A model generated the notes under the pieces. That model saw only the letters and a list, made by a program, of their open reading frames with translations. It was not told where the DNA came from and made no database searches. From NCBI GenBank assembly GCA_051252375.1, contig JBPOFY010000001.1, positions 224,001 to 288,000 of the forward strand: a stretch of 64,000 bases of DNA, read 5' to 3'. Position 1 is the stretch's first letter. Every line of letters begins with the position of its first letter. The DNA comes from Opitutaceae bacterium (GTDB lineage Bacteria > Verrucomicrobiota > Verrucomicrobiia > Opitutales > Coraliomargaritaceae). Of the stretch, positions 1 through 10,682 are shown in pieces. The position numbers and the translations under genes are program-made.

Positions 1-438
1 ATGGGTAATATCTGCCGCTCGCCGGCAGGGCACTGCGTGTTTCAGCACCTTGTCGATGAAGCAGGCCTGGGCGATCAATTCGAAATCGAATCTGCTGGGA
101 CTATAGGCTTTCACATCGGTCAACCGCCCGACGGACGGATGCAAGAGGTGATGCGTTCGCGTGACATCCCTATCATCGGTCGCTCCAGGCAACTCGACTC
201 TGCCGACCTAGAGTATTATGATCTCATACTCGCCATGGATGAAGAAAATCTAGCCGGAGCCAGAGGTCTGGACCGCAAGAACCAGTATCATGACAAAATT
301 CGCCTCTTCTGCGATTACTGCACTGAGCATAGTGAAACGGAAGTGCCTGACCCCTACTACGGCGGAGATCAAGGTTTCGAGCATGTCATGAATATGATCG
401 AAGATGGCTGCCGCAATTTGCTAAAAGCGCTGACCTAA
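1..438 (+). CDS. Low-molecular-weight protein-tyrosine phosphatase (5' end probably just outside the window)
   Basis: Starts inside the P-loop (C)MGNICRSP; also has the SAGT, LILAMD and VPDPYYG motifs of LMW-PTPs. Confidence 0.92.
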   Translation: MGNICRSPAGHCVFQHLVDEAGLGDQFEIESAGTIGFHIGQPPDGRMQEVMRSRDIPIIGRSRQLDSADLEYYDLILAMDEENLAGARGLDRKNQYHDKIRLFCDYCTEHSETEVPDPYYGGDQGFEHVMNMIEDGCRNLLKALT

Positions 439-452
439 GCGTTATTTACTGT

Positions 453-1277
453 ATGCGCGTTGATTGCCACATGCACACACCGCTTTGCGGTCATGCTTTC
501 GGAACTCCCCTTGAGTATGCTCAGTATGCTGTGAAGCAAGGCTTGGACTTGATCACCTTCACTTGCCACATCCCGATGGAATGGGAAGCGTTCGGTCAAG
601 CTGGTATTCGTATGCGAAGCGATCAACTCGATGAGTATGTTGAAACCATCCAAGAGACCGCAGAGAAAATACGACCTGAAGGTCTCGAAGTGCTCTGTGG
701 AATCGAAGCCGAAGTCTTTCCCGACGAAGCACACATGGAGCCAATGGATGAAATCCTACAAGGCTACAAATGGGACTTTGTTCTCGGATCACTCCATGCT
801 CAATGCCGCAGCTACATCACTTGGCTGAAGGAGCATAAGGTCAAAGATGACTCGACGAAAATTGACTGCTACTTTAGGCACCTCATCGACGGCGCACAGT
901 CCGGTCGTTACGACAGCATGTCGCACCCCGACGTCATCCGCACCTATGGCGTGGTGAAGCAATTCATCCCTGAAGAGCACGAAGAGGTCATCCGCGAATT
1001 CCTGCAAGCTGTGGTCGACGAAGACATGTGCATGGAGGTCAATACCAGTGGCCTAAACAAGGGTGCCTACGAAGTTCACCCCGACCCACTCATCTTAGAC
1101 TGGGCAAGCGAAATGGGCGTCAAACTGACGATGGGCTCCGACTCACACCGCCCCGATTCAGTCGCCCAACACTTTGATTGGATCCAGCCATTACTTCGCA
1201 ACAAAGGTTTTACCGACCTCCACTACTTCCGAGGTAGAAAACGCCTCCGAATCGATATGCCGGGCAACGCGAAATAA
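453..1277 (+). CDS. PHP-family histidinol-phosphatase (HisJ/HisK type)
   Basis: [36 protein letters not shown] and GSDSH motifs. Confidence 0.85.
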   Translation: MRVDCHMHTPLCGHAFGTPLEYAQYAVKQGLDLITFTCHIPMEWEAFGQAGIRMRSDQLDEYVETIQETAEKIRPEGLEVLCGIEAEVFPDEAHMEPMDEILQGYKWDFVLGSLHAQCRSYITWLKEHKVKDDSTKIDCYFRHLIDGAQSGRYDSMSHPDVIRTYGVVKQFIPEEHEEVIREFLQAVVDEDMCMEVNTSGLNKGAYEVHPDPLILDWASEMGVKLTMGSDSHRPDSVAQHFDWIQPLLRNKGFTDLHYFRGRKRLRIDMPGNAK

Positions 1278-1287
1278 TCGCAACCCA

Positions 1288-2163
1288 CTAAATCGATTCC
1301 ATCAGCACCGTCTCTATCGGCACATGGCTGAGACGGCGCAGGACGGACTTTGAAAAATCTCCCTGTGAAGCTAAGCTCGTTACCAGCTTCGCATGCACAC
1401 AAGCACTGATCGCGTCATGACGGCTGGTCGAAAGATTGCGTTGATTCAACGCGGAAACGATCGCGGGAACCGTCGGATTATAGGCCACGCTTTCCGCCGT
1501 GCGCCCCGCGAAGACCGCGCCATTGATACACTCAAGGGCAAAGCCTTCAGGAGCATCAGTGTAAGGCGTATAACTGTGGCGAGCAGCATTCATCGCTCGC
1601 TCAACCAAGACTCCTTCAGCTCGGCGAATCGGCTCCAACTGCAAGGCAGGCAGGTCCAGCAAACCAGCCCCCTCCCCGCGCGCATCGCCAAAAGCAAGTG
1701 GCAGCAAAGTCGGCAAGTCGGTCACTTCGCCCTTAAAATGAATCGCCAGTTGCTTTGCCAGCGGCAACTCCCAAAGAAATTGACGGCAGTGCCCACAAGG
1801 AGCCTCCGAAACGACCAAGTCCGTCAGCCGCGTTTCCCCATGCATCCATGCATTCAAAATCGCAGATTGCTCGGCATGTAAACTCGCGCTCAAAGGCACG
1901 CCGACAAACTCCATATTAGCGCCCAAATAGAATTGCCCCGTCGCACCAATCGCCACCGCTCCCACATGAAAGCCAGAAACCGGCGCTTGCGAAAAAGCCT
2001 GTGCCAAAGGCAACAACTGCTTCGCCAAGCTGACATCAGCTCCGAGCATCCCGAACAGCTTTCCGGGAAAATCAGGCGCTGCGAGCTGCCCCAAGATTCC
2101 CTTCTGATCATCCGCCGGAACCGCGGAAATCAACTCAGCCAAATTTGGAATACCTAACCCCAT
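1288..2163 (-). CDS. cdd: Cytidine deaminase, two-domain homodimeric type
   Basis: Zinc motifs HAEQSA and PCGHCRQFL; second domain with SYTPYT and ESVAYNP; 291 aa. Confidence 0.9.
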   Translation of the reverse strand: MGLGIPNLAELISAVPADDQKGILGQLAAPDFPGKLFGMLGADVSLAKQLLPLAQAFSQAPVSGFHVGAVAIGATGQFYLGANMEFVGVPLSASLHAEQSAILNAWMHGETRLTDLVVSEAPCGHCRQFLWELPLAKQLAIHFKGEVTDLPTLLPLAFGDARGEGAGLLDLPALQLEPIRRAEGVLVERAMNAARHSYTPYTDAPEGFALECINGAVFAGRTAESVAYNPTVPAIVSALNQRNLSTSRHDAISACVHAKLVTSLASQGDFSKSVLRRLSHVPIETVLMESI

Positions 2164-2174
2164 AAAGTATCCTA

Positions 2175-2630
2175 CTATTTAAGAAAGCGCATGGTGTAAG
2201 GATAGGTGTATTTCTCACCTTCGCTGACTTTAAGCGCAGCGATCACAGTCAAAACAATCGCACCCACCATCAAGCCGATCCCAGCCAAGACGAGCAACGG
2301 TATCAACAGCATATTCACAAAGGGAATAAACGCCATCGGTATCGCCACGAGAACAAGGGCAAAGCCGTAAATCATAACCGAGATTTGAAAATTAATTGAT
2401 TCTTTCCCTGCCTCATCCACCGCCGGGTCTTCCTCTTTCTTGATCAGCCAGATGATCAAAGGTCCTAGGATATTGCCTAATGGGATACCCAACAATCCAG
2501 TCAAGGCCAACAAGTGGCACAACATCGGCATGGTATGATCCGGCTTCTTCTCTAAAGTAGGTGGCGCACTGAGCTCACTAGAATCAGTAGCTTCAGATAC
2601 GGGTTCGATCGGGTCAGGCGGTGTTTCCAT
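2175..2630 (-). CDS. DUF4870 family membrane protein
   Basis: MLCHL, GPLIIWLIKK, GKESINFQIS and YxYP pattern; start placed at ATG 2630. Confidence 0.8.
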   Translation of the reverse strand: METPPDPIEPVSEATDSSELSAPPTLEKKPDHTMPMLCHLLALTGLLGIPLGNILGPLIIWLIKKEEDPAVDEAGKESINFQISVMIYGFALVLVAIPMAFIPFVNMLLIPLLVLAGIGLMVGAIVLTVIAALKVSEGEKYTYPYTMRFLK

Positions 2631-2756
2631 ATCATCACAAAGTAAAAAAACCATGCCGCCGAGCAACCAGTAAATAGAACGACCACCAAAGTGTTCGCCC
2701 CAGCCTTTCTCACATCGCGCTTGCCAGCCGCATGGAAGCGCATTTGCTCTCTCCCC

Positions 2757-4025
2757 ATGGCAACTAGCACAAAGCCCCGTTTTCTCGATTTCACGACCGC
2801 ACGTAGCGTGGCCGATCAATTCGGCACGCCCGTCTATGTTTACGACGAAGCCACCCTCAAGGCCAACGCCGCCGCCGTGCTAGCGTTTCCCAATGCATTC
2901 GGGCTAACCGCGCGCTATGCCATGAAGGCATCGCCCAACGCTGCCATCCTCCAAATTTTCCAAAAGGCAGGTCTCCACATCGACGCCAGCTCCGGCTACG
3001 AAGTGCGCCGCGCGATCACTGCCGGCTACGAACCTTCCAAGATCAGCCTCAGCACTCAGGAGCTACCCGAGGACTTTGCCGAACTCTACGAGCTCGGAAT
3101 CGAGATCAACGCCTGCTCACTCAGCCAACTCGAACGCTTTGGCCAGGCCTGCCCCGGCCGTAACATCGGTCTGCGCTTCAATCCTGGTGCCGGCTCCGGC
3201 GGCAACAACCGCACCAACGTCGGCGGTCCCGCCTCTAGCTTCGGCATCTGGCACGAATGGATCGATCAGGTTCAAGCCATCGTCGCGCAATACGATCTCA
3301 AGGTCATCCGTATCCACACACACATCGGTTCGGGCAGCGACCCCGCCGTCTGGCAAAAGATCTCCGGAATGAGCCTCGACCTCGTCCGCCAATTTCCCGA
3401 CGTCGTCGCCCTCAATCTCGGCGGCGGTTACAAAGTCGCCCGCATGGCCAACGAAGTAGCGACCGACCTACAAGAGTGCGGTGCCCCCGTGGCTGAAAAG
3501 TTCCGCGAGTTTGCGGCCGAAACTGGACGCGAAATACGCCTCGAAATCGAGCCCGGCACCTTCCTTGTTGCCAACACCTGCTCCGTCCTTTCCAAGGTGC
3601 AAGACATCGTCTCCACCGGAGTCGATGGTTACGAATTTCTCAAGCTGAACACCGGCATGACCGAAGTGCTACGCCCTTCGATCTACGGCGCGCAACACCC
3701 GATCTATATCGTCCAACCCGAGCCTGCCACTGGGACCCAAGCCTACATGATCGCAGGTCACTGCTGCGAATCCGGCGACATCCTCACCCCCGCACCCGGC
3801 GACCCCGAGATGCTTGCCACTCGTGAACTTCCAATCGCCCAGATCGGCGACCTCTGCGTCATCGACGGTGCTGGTGCTTACTGTGCCGCCATGTCGACCA
3901 AGCATTACAACTCCTATCCCGAAGCCGCCGAGATCATGCTCGACGCCAACAAGCAGCCACACCTCATACGTAGCCGCCAGGAGCCCGCAGACATCTGGAC
4001 CAACGAAGTCAGCTACAAAGTATAA
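2757..4025 (+). CDS. lysA: Diaminopimelate decarboxylase
   Basis: [13 protein letters not shown] (PLP lysine), HTHIGSG, NLGGG, EPGTF, CCESGD and GAGAY motifs. Confidence 0.93.
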   Translation: MATSTKPRFLDFTTARSVADQFGTPVYVYDEATLKANAAAVLAFPNAFGLTARYAMKASPNAAILQIFQKAGLHIDASSGYEVRRAITAGYEPSKISLSTQELPEDFAELYELGIEINACSLSQLERFGQACPGRNIGLRFNPGAGSGGNNRTNVGGPASSFGIWHEWIDQVQAIVAQYDLKVIRIHTHIGSGSDPAVWQKISGMSLDLVRQFPDVVALNLGGGYKVARMANEVATDLQECGAPVAEKFREFAAETGREIRLEIEPGTFLVANTCSVLSKVQDIVSTGVDGYEFLKLNTGMTEVLRPSIYGAQHPIYIVQPEPATGTQAYMIAGHCCESGDILTPAPGDPEMLATRELPIAQIGDLCVIDGAGAYCAAMSTKHYNSYPEAAEIMLDANKQPHLIRSRQEPADIWTNEVSYKV

Positions 4026-4030
4026 TTGTT

Positions 4031-4114
4031 TGTAGGGCGGTGCTCCGTCACCGCCGCTGATACGCTCTAAGCTCCGTCTTACACGACGCGATTGCGACGG
4101 AGCGCAACCCTCCA
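4031..4114. repeat. Inverted pair of REP-like hairpins between convergent lysA and mutS
   Basis: TGTAGGG-CGGTG-CTCCGT-CACCG-CCGC at 4031, and on the minus strand TGGAGGG-TTGCG-CTCCGT-CGCAA-TCGC ending at 4114. Confidence 0.8.
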
Positions 4115-4117
4115 GAA

Positions 4118-6691
4118 TTAAAACAAGGCCAACTGATCGTCTTCGTCCTTAGTATCGGTGCCGGACTTTTCTTTCTTCATTCGCTTGCGTAGCAAGTTGT
4201 GTGAAGAGTCGTCGGCTTCGAGGCGTTCAAGAATGGTTTTAGCACGATCAATCACAGTCGTTGGTAGACCTGCCAGTCTGGCGACTTGAATACCGTAAGA
4301 GCGATCCGCAGCGCCTTTGATAACTTGGCGAACGAAGATGATCTCGTCATTCCACTCTTTAACCGCGACGGAGTAATTCTCTAACCGGTCCAGTGTCTGC
4401 GCGAGTTGTGTGAGCTCGTGGTAGTGTGTGGCAAAGAGCGTGCGAGCACCGTCAGCGTCTTTCGGATGCAAGTGCTCGATCACCGCCCAGGCAATCGAAA
4501 GGCCATCGTAGGTGCTCGTGCCGCGACCGATCTCGTCGAGAATCACTAGGCTCCGCGGGGTGGCGTTGTTCAAAATGTTTGCCGTCTCATTCATCTCGAC
4601 CATGAAGGTCGAGTTACCACGGGCGAGTTCGTCGCTCGCGCCGACGCGAGAGAAAATACGATCCACTAAACCAATCTGGCAGCTTCGCGCGGGCACCCAT
4701 GCACCTGACTGAGCCATTAGCACGATGAGCGCTACTTGACGAATGTAAGTCGACTTACCCGCCATGTTGGGACCGGTGATAAGAGCAATTTGCGGCGCAT
4801 CATCCGCAGCACCTGAACTAGAGAGGCGGCAGTCGTTCGGCACGAAAGCATGTGTGCCAGCAAGACCGAGGCGTTGCTCACGCATCATTTGCTCCACCAC
4901 TGGGTGACGACCTTGATCGATCAACAGTGTATCGGACTGATCCAGCTCGGGCTTGCAGTAGTCCCACTCACGAGCGAGCACACCCCAACCGATAAAGACA
5001 TCGATCTCAGCAATCGCGGCGGCGGTTTCCTTCAAGGCATCCGCGTATTCGAGGATCTTCGCAATGAGTCCGTTGAAGAGTGCATCTTCGCGACCAAGGG
5101 CTTTTTCGTCAGCGCTCAAAATCTCGCGTTCACGCTCTTTCAAAATGTCCGTCGTATAACGCTCGGCATTTTTCATCGTCTGCTTACGCACGTAGTCTTC
5201 CGGCACCAGCGCGATATTACTCTTGGTCACTTCGATGAAATAACCGAACGCGCCATTGAACCGAATACGTAGATTTTTGATCCCGCTGCGTTCTTGCTCA
5301 GCCAGCTCAAATTCGGCCAGCCACTTTTGACTGTCGCGGGTTAAACTACGGAAATGATCGAGGTCTTCATCGTAACCGTCCCGAATAGTGCCGCCGTCAT
5401 CAATCTTCCCGGGCAGCTCATCGGCTAGCCCTCGGGCCAATTCGGCAGTGAGTGTATCAAAGTTATGAATACGGTCCGCAATCGCTGCTACCGGCGTTTC
5501 TGGAAACTCCATCAGTGTGGCTGCTATTGCAGGCAGGGCTTCCAACGTGTCACGCACGCCTCCGAGTTCGCGTGGATTACGCATACGGTTCTGCAGGCGA
5601 CCAAGGATGCGCTCTATATCGCGAATGCCGCGCAGTAGTTGCTGCAGCTCGGTTGATAGCCCCGGCGCGGTCACAAACTCCTGCACGCAATCTTGGCGGC
5701 GTTGTATCTCATGAATGTCCAGTTCAGGTGCACAAAGCCAGCGCTCTAGCAAACGTGCACCCGCTGGCGTGCTCGTGCCATCCATCGCAGCGAGCAAAGA
5801 GCCCTTACGTGTATTAGCGGCCGATTTGAAAATTTCCAAATTCCGTAAGGTGGAAGGATCGAGCAGGAGCGTTTTCTCTGTGCTGTATTCACGGATATGA
5901 CGCAGGTTTTCCGGCTTGGAACAAAGTGTCTCAGTCGCGTAATGCACAAGCGCCCCCGCAGCTCCGAGTGCAGGATGATCTCGATCTAAACCAAAGCCAT
6001 CGAGATTGAGCACGCCGAGCACTTCCATGACTGACTGCGCTCCAGAGATGGCATCAAAATGATAGTCCGGAATCGCAGTCACTGCACGGCCATCGCACAG
6101 GTGCGAGTAAAGCTCGCCAAAGGTTTCGTGCGTGTGTGGCAGGTTCCATTGCTGTGCCGCATTTTCAGGCACTAGGATTTCGCGCGGATCCAAACTTTCG
6201 AAGGCAGCGAAAAGATTTTCCGGCCGCACATCATGCGCGATAAAAAACTCACCAGTGGTCAGATCGAGCCAAGCCGCATTGAGCCCTTTCTTCTCCATCG
6301 AAAGCGCGAGGAGGAAGTGGTTGCGCTGCGCATCGATCTGAGTGTCCGCCAGACGAGTTCCAGGGGTGATGATACGGGTCAGCGCGCGCTTGACCAACTT
6401 CCCGGGCTGCGGCGTCTCCACCTGATCGCAAATCGCGATCTTAACACCCTGATCAAGCAGCTTCTGGATATAACCATCGGCGGCGTGAAAAGGGATGCCC
6501 GCCATCGGCATGCCGTGGCGGTGGGTCAGCGTGATCCCGAGCAGCTTCGCGCCCCACTCTGCATCCTGCTTGAAGATCTCATAGAAATCGCCCAAGCGAA
6601 ACATCAGCAGCGTATCATCCGCGAGCTTGGCACGGATTTCGTGCCACTGCTGCATCATCGGGGTCAAAGGCTTGGGTTTATCGGCAGACAT
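4118..6691 (-). CDS. mutS: DNA mismatch repair protein MutS
   Basis: TPMMQQ, FRLGDFYE, ITGPNMAGKSTYIRQ, STFMVEM, DEIGRGTST, FATHYHEL and SYGIQVA motifs. Confidence 0.98.
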   Translation of the reverse strand: MSADKPKPLTPMMQQWHEIRAKLADDTLLMFRLGDFYEIFKQDAEWGAKLLGITLTHRHGMPMAGIPFHAADGYIQKLLDQGVKIAICDQVETPQPGKLVKRALTRIITPGTRLADTQIDAQRNHFLLALSMEKKGLNAAWLDLTTGEFFIAHDVRPENLFAAFESLDPREILVPENAAQQWNLPHTHETFGELYSHLCDGRAVTAIPDYHFDAISGAQSVMEVLGVLNLDGFGLDRDHPALGAAGALVHYATETLCSKPENLRHIREYSTEKTLLLDPSTLRNLEIFKSAANTRKGSLLAAMDGTSTPAGARLLERWLCAPELDIHEIQRRQDCVQEFVTAPGLSTELQQLLRGIRDIERILGRLQNRMRNPRELGGVRDTLEALPAIAATLMEFPETPVAAIADRIHNFDTLTAELARGLADELPGKIDDGGTIRDGYDEDLDHFRSLTRDSQKWLAEFELAEQERSGIKNLRIRFNGAFGYFIEVTKSNIALVPEDYVRKQTMKNAERYTTDILKEREREILSADEKALGREDALFNGLIAKILEYADALKETAAAIAEIDVFIGWGVLAREWDYCKPELDQSDTLLIDQGRHPVVEQMMREQRLGLAGTHAFVPNDCRLSSSGAADDAPQIALITGPNMAGKSTYIRQVALIVLMAQSGAWVPARSCQIGLVDRIFSRVGASDELARGNSTFMVEMNETANILNNATPRSLVILDEIGRGTSTYDGLSIAWAVIEHLHPKDADGARTLFATHYHELTQLAQTLDRLENYSVAVKEWNDEIIFVRQVIKGAADRSYGIQVARLAGLPTTVIDRAKTILERLEADDSSHNLLRKRMKKEKSGTDTKDEDDQLALF

Positions 6692-6707
6692 GAAGTAGAA
6701 AGAGGTT

Positions 6708-6805
6708 AACCACGAATGAACACGAATTGCAGCGAATCAAAAGAGAATATTTTGATTCTTTATACAGAATGGAAAAGATTCGTGGCAATTTATGAGATTT
6801 ATGGG
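6708..6805. repeat. Inverted 9/10-bp periodic repeat element (CACGAAT / ATTCGTG type)
   Basis: Left arm aaccacgaat gaacacgaat tgcagcgaat; right arm attcgtggca atttatgag atttatggg; inner hairpin gaatcaaaa/ttttgattc. Confidence 0.65.
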
Positions 6806-6819
6806 CAAACCTTTGAACT

Positions 6820-7590
6820 ATGGCAGTCAAGTTACACTCCCTCCGCTTTGAAAATCCGGGCAAACCGACCCTGATCATACTCCATGGTCTCTTGGGGGCT
6901 TCGCGCAACTGGACGACGATTGGCAAGGCGCTGAAAGAGCGCTTCGATGTGCACGCGCTTGATTTGCGCAACCACGGGACCTCACCGCACTCTGACACGA
7001 TGCGCTGGTCGGAGCTGATCGCAGATCTGAAGCTTTACCTGAAATTAAACAAGATCGAGAAGACCTACCTGATGGGACATAGCCTAGGAGGCAAAATCTC
7101 GATGAAGTTCGCCTGCGAACACCCAGAGGTCGTTAAGAAGCTGGTGATTGTAGATATCGCGACCAAATCCTACCCACCCTACCACGACAACGAGTTCCGC
7201 GCCATGAAGCGGGTGCCATCCGGTGCCGTCGAAAATCGACGAGAAGCCGAAGAGCTCCTCAAGCCGATGGTCCCAGATTGGGCGATGCGACAGTTCTTGA
7301 TGACGAATTTGGTGAGTGGCGAGTTTGGCTTAAAATGGCAGATCAACCTGGAAGTGCTGCACGCCAGTCTGCAGGTGCTACGCCAAGACTCACTCCAAAG
7401 CTACCAAAACTACAGCGGGCAGAGCCTCCTCGTGCTCGGCGGCAAGTCGGACTTCGTCAAACCTGCTGACCTCCCCGACATGAAGGAACATTTTCCACAC
7501 CTCAAAGTCGTCACACTACCCAAAGCGGGTCACAATGTGCACGTCGAAGACCGCAAGGGCTTTCTCGATGCGCTGAATAAATGGCTGTAA
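6820..7590 (+). CDS. Alpha/beta-fold hydrolase (YbfF/ABHD11-like esterase)
   Basis: LHGLLG, DLRNHG, GHSLGG nucleophile elbow and AGHNVH. Confidence 0.88.
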   Translation: MAVKLHSLRFENPGKPTLIILHGLLGASRNWTTIGKALKERFDVHALDLRNHGTSPHSDTMRWSELIADLKLYLKLNKIEKTYLMGHSLGGKISMKFACEHPEVVKKLVIVDIATKSYPPYHDNEFRAMKRVPSGAVENRREAEELLKPMVPDWAMRQFLMTNLVSGEFGLKWQINLEVLHASLQVLRQDSLQSYQNYSGQSLLVLGGKSDFVKPADLPDMKEHFPHLKVVTLPKAGHNVHVEDRKGFLDALNKWL

Positions 7591-7593
7591 AGC

Positions 7594-7682
7594 GTTACTT
7601 GTTGCAGGTTGTTAGTTGCGAGACGTCATTTTTCGCGTATTGATTTCCTGCAAACAACTTTCAACGAACCACCAATCACACA
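7594..7682. repeat. Degenerate inverted heptamer array (GTTGnnn / nnnCAAC)
   Basis: gttactt gttgcag gttgtta gttgcga on the left; aaacaac tttcaac gaaccac caatcac on the right, just before the ispB ATG. Confidence 0.5.
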
Positions 7683-8708
7683 ATGACTACCCGCTCACAG
7701 TCTGAGGCCGACAAGGTCGCTGCCGCCGGATTTGCCGAAGTATATGAACCAGTAAAACCGTATCTGGATGATCTGGACGTCTTCCTGCAATCGCAGGTGG
7801 AAGACCTCGAGCCCGAGATCCAAGAGCACGTGCGCTACGTCTTCGGCCATAGCGGAAAGCGCCTACGCCCCATGCTCGTCGCCTACAGCGGATGGGAAGG
7901 TCCCGCCGAAAAACGCGCCGCCGATCTCGTCAAGCTCGGCTCGGTCATCGAACTGGTCCATCTGGCGACACTGGTGCATGACGATATTCTAGACGAGGCC
8001 GACACACGGCACCGACAAGAAACCGCAGCCAAGAAATTTGGTCCTGCCGCCGCCGTCCTTATCGGCGATGTGCTCTTCTCCCATGCGCTCAAGCTCGCTG
8101 CTGAGTTCGATACGAATGAAATCTGCCGCTCTGTCGCTCAAGCCACCTCTCGTGTCTGCGCTGGAGAAATCGCCCAGACCTATCAACGAGGCGATGTGAA
8201 CTACGACCGCGATTTTTACTTCCGCGTGATACGTCTCAAAACAGCGGAACTGTTTGAAGTCTCTTGCCGCCTCGGTGCTAAAGTTGCCGGCTACACCGAA
8301 GCTTTCAGCGAAGCTGCTGGTCTCTTTGGTCGTCACTTAGGCATCGCCTATCAAATCTTCGACGACCTGGTCGACCTCTACGCCGACGAATCCATGATCG
8401 GCAAAACGCTCGGCACGGACCTAGACAAAGGGAAATTCACCCTCCCACTGCTGCTACTTCTAGAGAAACTGCCTGCTAAAGAACGCGAAAGCCTGATTGC
8501 CCGCTTTAAGGCCGGTGACAAAAGCGTCGCGGCGGATTTCACCTCACGCCTCCACGACTTCCCGATTTTCGATGAAGTGGTCACCGTCTTTGAGGATCAG
8601 CTCAGCCAAGCCACCAAGGCGGTCGAGCCTTTCAGCGAGTTACCCCCGGTCGCCGCCATGCAAAAGATCGCCGCACTGGTTCGCTCGCAGTTGGGGCGCA
8701 TTCAGTAA
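7683..8708 (+). CDS. ispB: Polyprenyl diphosphate synthase (IspB/HepT family)
   Basis: GKRLRP, first DDxxD (HDDILD), KTAELF and second DDxxD (FDDLVD). Confidence 0.88.
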   Translation: MTTRSQSEADKVAAAGFAEVYEPVKPYLDDLDVFLQSQVEDLEPEIQEHVRYVFGHSGKRLRPMLVAYSGWEGPAEKRAADLVKLGSVIELVHLATLVHDDILDEADTRHRQETAAKKFGPAAAVLIGDVLFSHALKLAAEFDTNEICRSVAQATSRVCAGEIAQTYQRGDVNYDRDFYFRVIRLKTAELFEVSCRLGAKVAGYTEAFSEAAGLFGRHLGIAYQIFDDLVDLYADESMIGKTLGTDLDKGKFTLPLLLLLEKLPAKERESLIARFKAGDKSVAADFTSRLHDFPIFDEVVTVFEDQLSQATKAVEPFSELPPVAAMQKIAALVRSQLGRIQ

Positions 8709-8732
8709 GACACAACCCTCTAAACGCGTTGC

Positions 8733-10145
8733 CTACTTATGGAAGCGCAGCTTGCGAAGACCGAACCAAGTCATACGAAGAAGTAGGGCCGCGCCAGAGA
8801 ACCTAGAGATATTCGTATCGCCATAAGCACGATCGCGGTAGCGAACCGGCACATCGCGAATCGCGAGATCCAGCAGTGCCGAGCCAAAGATCAAATTGAA
8901 ATCCCCGTAAGGATCGAATTCGCCAAACTCTTCGATACGTTTAAGTAGGCGATCGTAGTCCTCACGTAGCAGCATCTTCGTGCCACATAGGCTGTCCTTA
9001 ATCGGACGATCGATCACAAAGCTCAAGGCCAACGCGAAGAACTTATTACCACAGAAATTCAGCGGGCGCATTGCCTCCGATTCCATCGGATAGACTAAAC
9101 GACTGCCATTGGCGAACTCGGCACGCCCACTCGCAATGGCTTCATAAAATTTAGGCAAGTCTTCCGGTGGTGCAGTCAAATCGCCGTCTTGAATGACGAT
9201 CACGTCGCCCTTTGCTTCGGCAAAGCCAGCAAAAACCGCGTCCCACTTACCTTTACCCGGCTGCTTCATGTAACGGACGTCCAGCGGTCCCTCGTAGGCA
9301 GCCACCTCTTTCTCAATCACCTCCCAGGTGTCATCGGTGCTGTTGCCCTCGACAATGATCAACTCGGTTTTCTGTCCCAGCACAGGAATACGATCCAAAG
9401 CGGGCTTGATATGGCCCGACTCATTGCGGGCAGGTAAAATTACGGAACAGCTATATTCGCCTTCGATCCGCGGCTTCATAACGGGCCGTGCGATAATAAA
9501 CAACGAGACCCCCATGTGGCGGAAAAATGGCAGGCGCCCCACAAAATTGTTAAAGAAGCCATCCAGTAGAGGGATCTTAAACGGGAATATTTGCTCCGAG
9601 CTCTTTTTAACAATTTCAAAGCCGGAAAGCTCCAGCAGATTTACCAAGTCATCCGTGGTCAGCCAATTGCTAGCAGGTTGCTTCAACACAATCCCCAGCT
9701 TCTGCCCCAACCAAAAGAACGGCTTCCAGAGATTATTGAGCGATGTGATGTAAACTCTGGTCCGAGGGTGACAGGACGCCCGCACATTTTCAAAGCACTG
9801 CTGAATGTCGGTCAAATACCCGCACATATAATCCATCACGATGGCATCAAACTCCTCATTGATCGCTTGATCATGGAGGTTGCCCTCTCGGAATTCTAGG
9901 TTTTCAGCCGTATTCTTAGCCTTTGCCTGCGCCACCATTTTCGGGCTCAAGTCGACGCCGACCCCCTTCGAAGGGTCCAATCCAGCCAACAAATCACCTC
10001 GGCCACAGCCCCACTCCAGAACACGTGATCCCGGTCGTATATGATGCCTTAGCTTACGCAGAATTTGTGCGTGAAACCCGCCCTGTTGCTTACGAGGCTT
10101 CGCATCGTTCTCTGCGACCCAATCAAAATGCTCTTTATAATCCAT
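8733..10145 (-). CDS. Fusion of a class I SAM methyltransferase domain and a GT2 glycosyltransferase
   Basis: N-terminal VLEWGCGRG; C-terminal ILPARNE, VEGNSTD, QDGDL and DSLCGTK. Confidence 0.85.
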   Translation of the reverse strand: MDYKEHFDWVAENDAKPRKQQGGFHAQILRKLRHHIRPGSRVLEWGCGRGDLLAGLDPSKGVGVDLSPKMVAQAKAKNTAENLEFREGNLHDQAINEEFDAIVMDYMCGYLTDIQQCFENVRASCHPRTRVYITSLNNLWKPFFWLGQKLGIVLKQPASNWLTTDDLVNLLELSGFEIVKKSSEQIFPFKIPLLDGFFNNFVGRLPFFRHMGVSLFIIARPVMKPRIEGEYSCSVILPARNESGHIKPALDRIPVLGQKTELIIVEGNSTDDTWEVIEKEVAAYEGPLDVRYMKQPGKGKWDAVFAGFAEAKGDVIVIQDGDLTAPPEDLPKFYEAIASGRAEFANGSRLVYPMESEAMRPLNFCGNKFFALALSFVIDRPIKDSLCGTKMLLREDYDRLLKRIEEFGEFDPYGDFNLIFGSALLDLAIRDVPVRYRDRAYGDTNISRFSGAALLLRMTWFGLRKLRFHK

Positions 10146-10276
10146 ATCTGTTCTAATGACGGGCAATTAAGACGTCCATAGGACCGATCGGAAAGCAAAT
10201 TCCCCGCATATAACTTAGACCATTCATCTGTAGAGCCAGACTTGCTTCTATTCCAGAAATTGATTGGGTCTACACT

Positions 10277-10621
10277 GTGCAAACAACAGAGACCTACAGC
10301 CGCGGAGCCACCATCATTCAGCAGGGCACGACTAGCCGTTCATTCTACGTGCTCGAAAAAGGCGCCGTCGAAATTCACATCGGCGACGTTCTACTCAACG
10401 TGATCATGTATCCCGGTTCCATTTTCGGTGAGGTCGGGTTCATTCGAGGCACGCCACGAACCGGTAGCGTCAAAGCACGTGCAGATACAATTGTGCAAAG
10501 ATACGACTGCGCTAGTGTTGAAGCCTTAATTGCACATTACCCTGAAATCGCCGCAAAGATGATCGAAACACTCGCCAGCCGACTTCAACGAACGACTGAA
10601 AAAGTTTCTGAGCTCACATAA
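10277..10621 (+). CDS. Stand-alone cyclic nucleotide-binding domain protein
   Basis: IIQQG, FYVLEKGAVEI, FGEVG and PRTGSV phosphate-binding cassette; no HTH. Confidence 0.8.
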   Translation: MQTTETYSRGATIIQQGTTSRSFYVLEKGAVEIHIGDVLLNVIMYPGSIFGEVGFIRGTPRTGSVKARADTIVQRYDCASVEALIAHYPEIAAKMIETLASRLQRTTEKVSELT

Positions 10622-10682
10622 TAACCACCGAAAGTATTTTTTCTAATTAGTAAGGACGCACCACAACCCACGATACATTACC

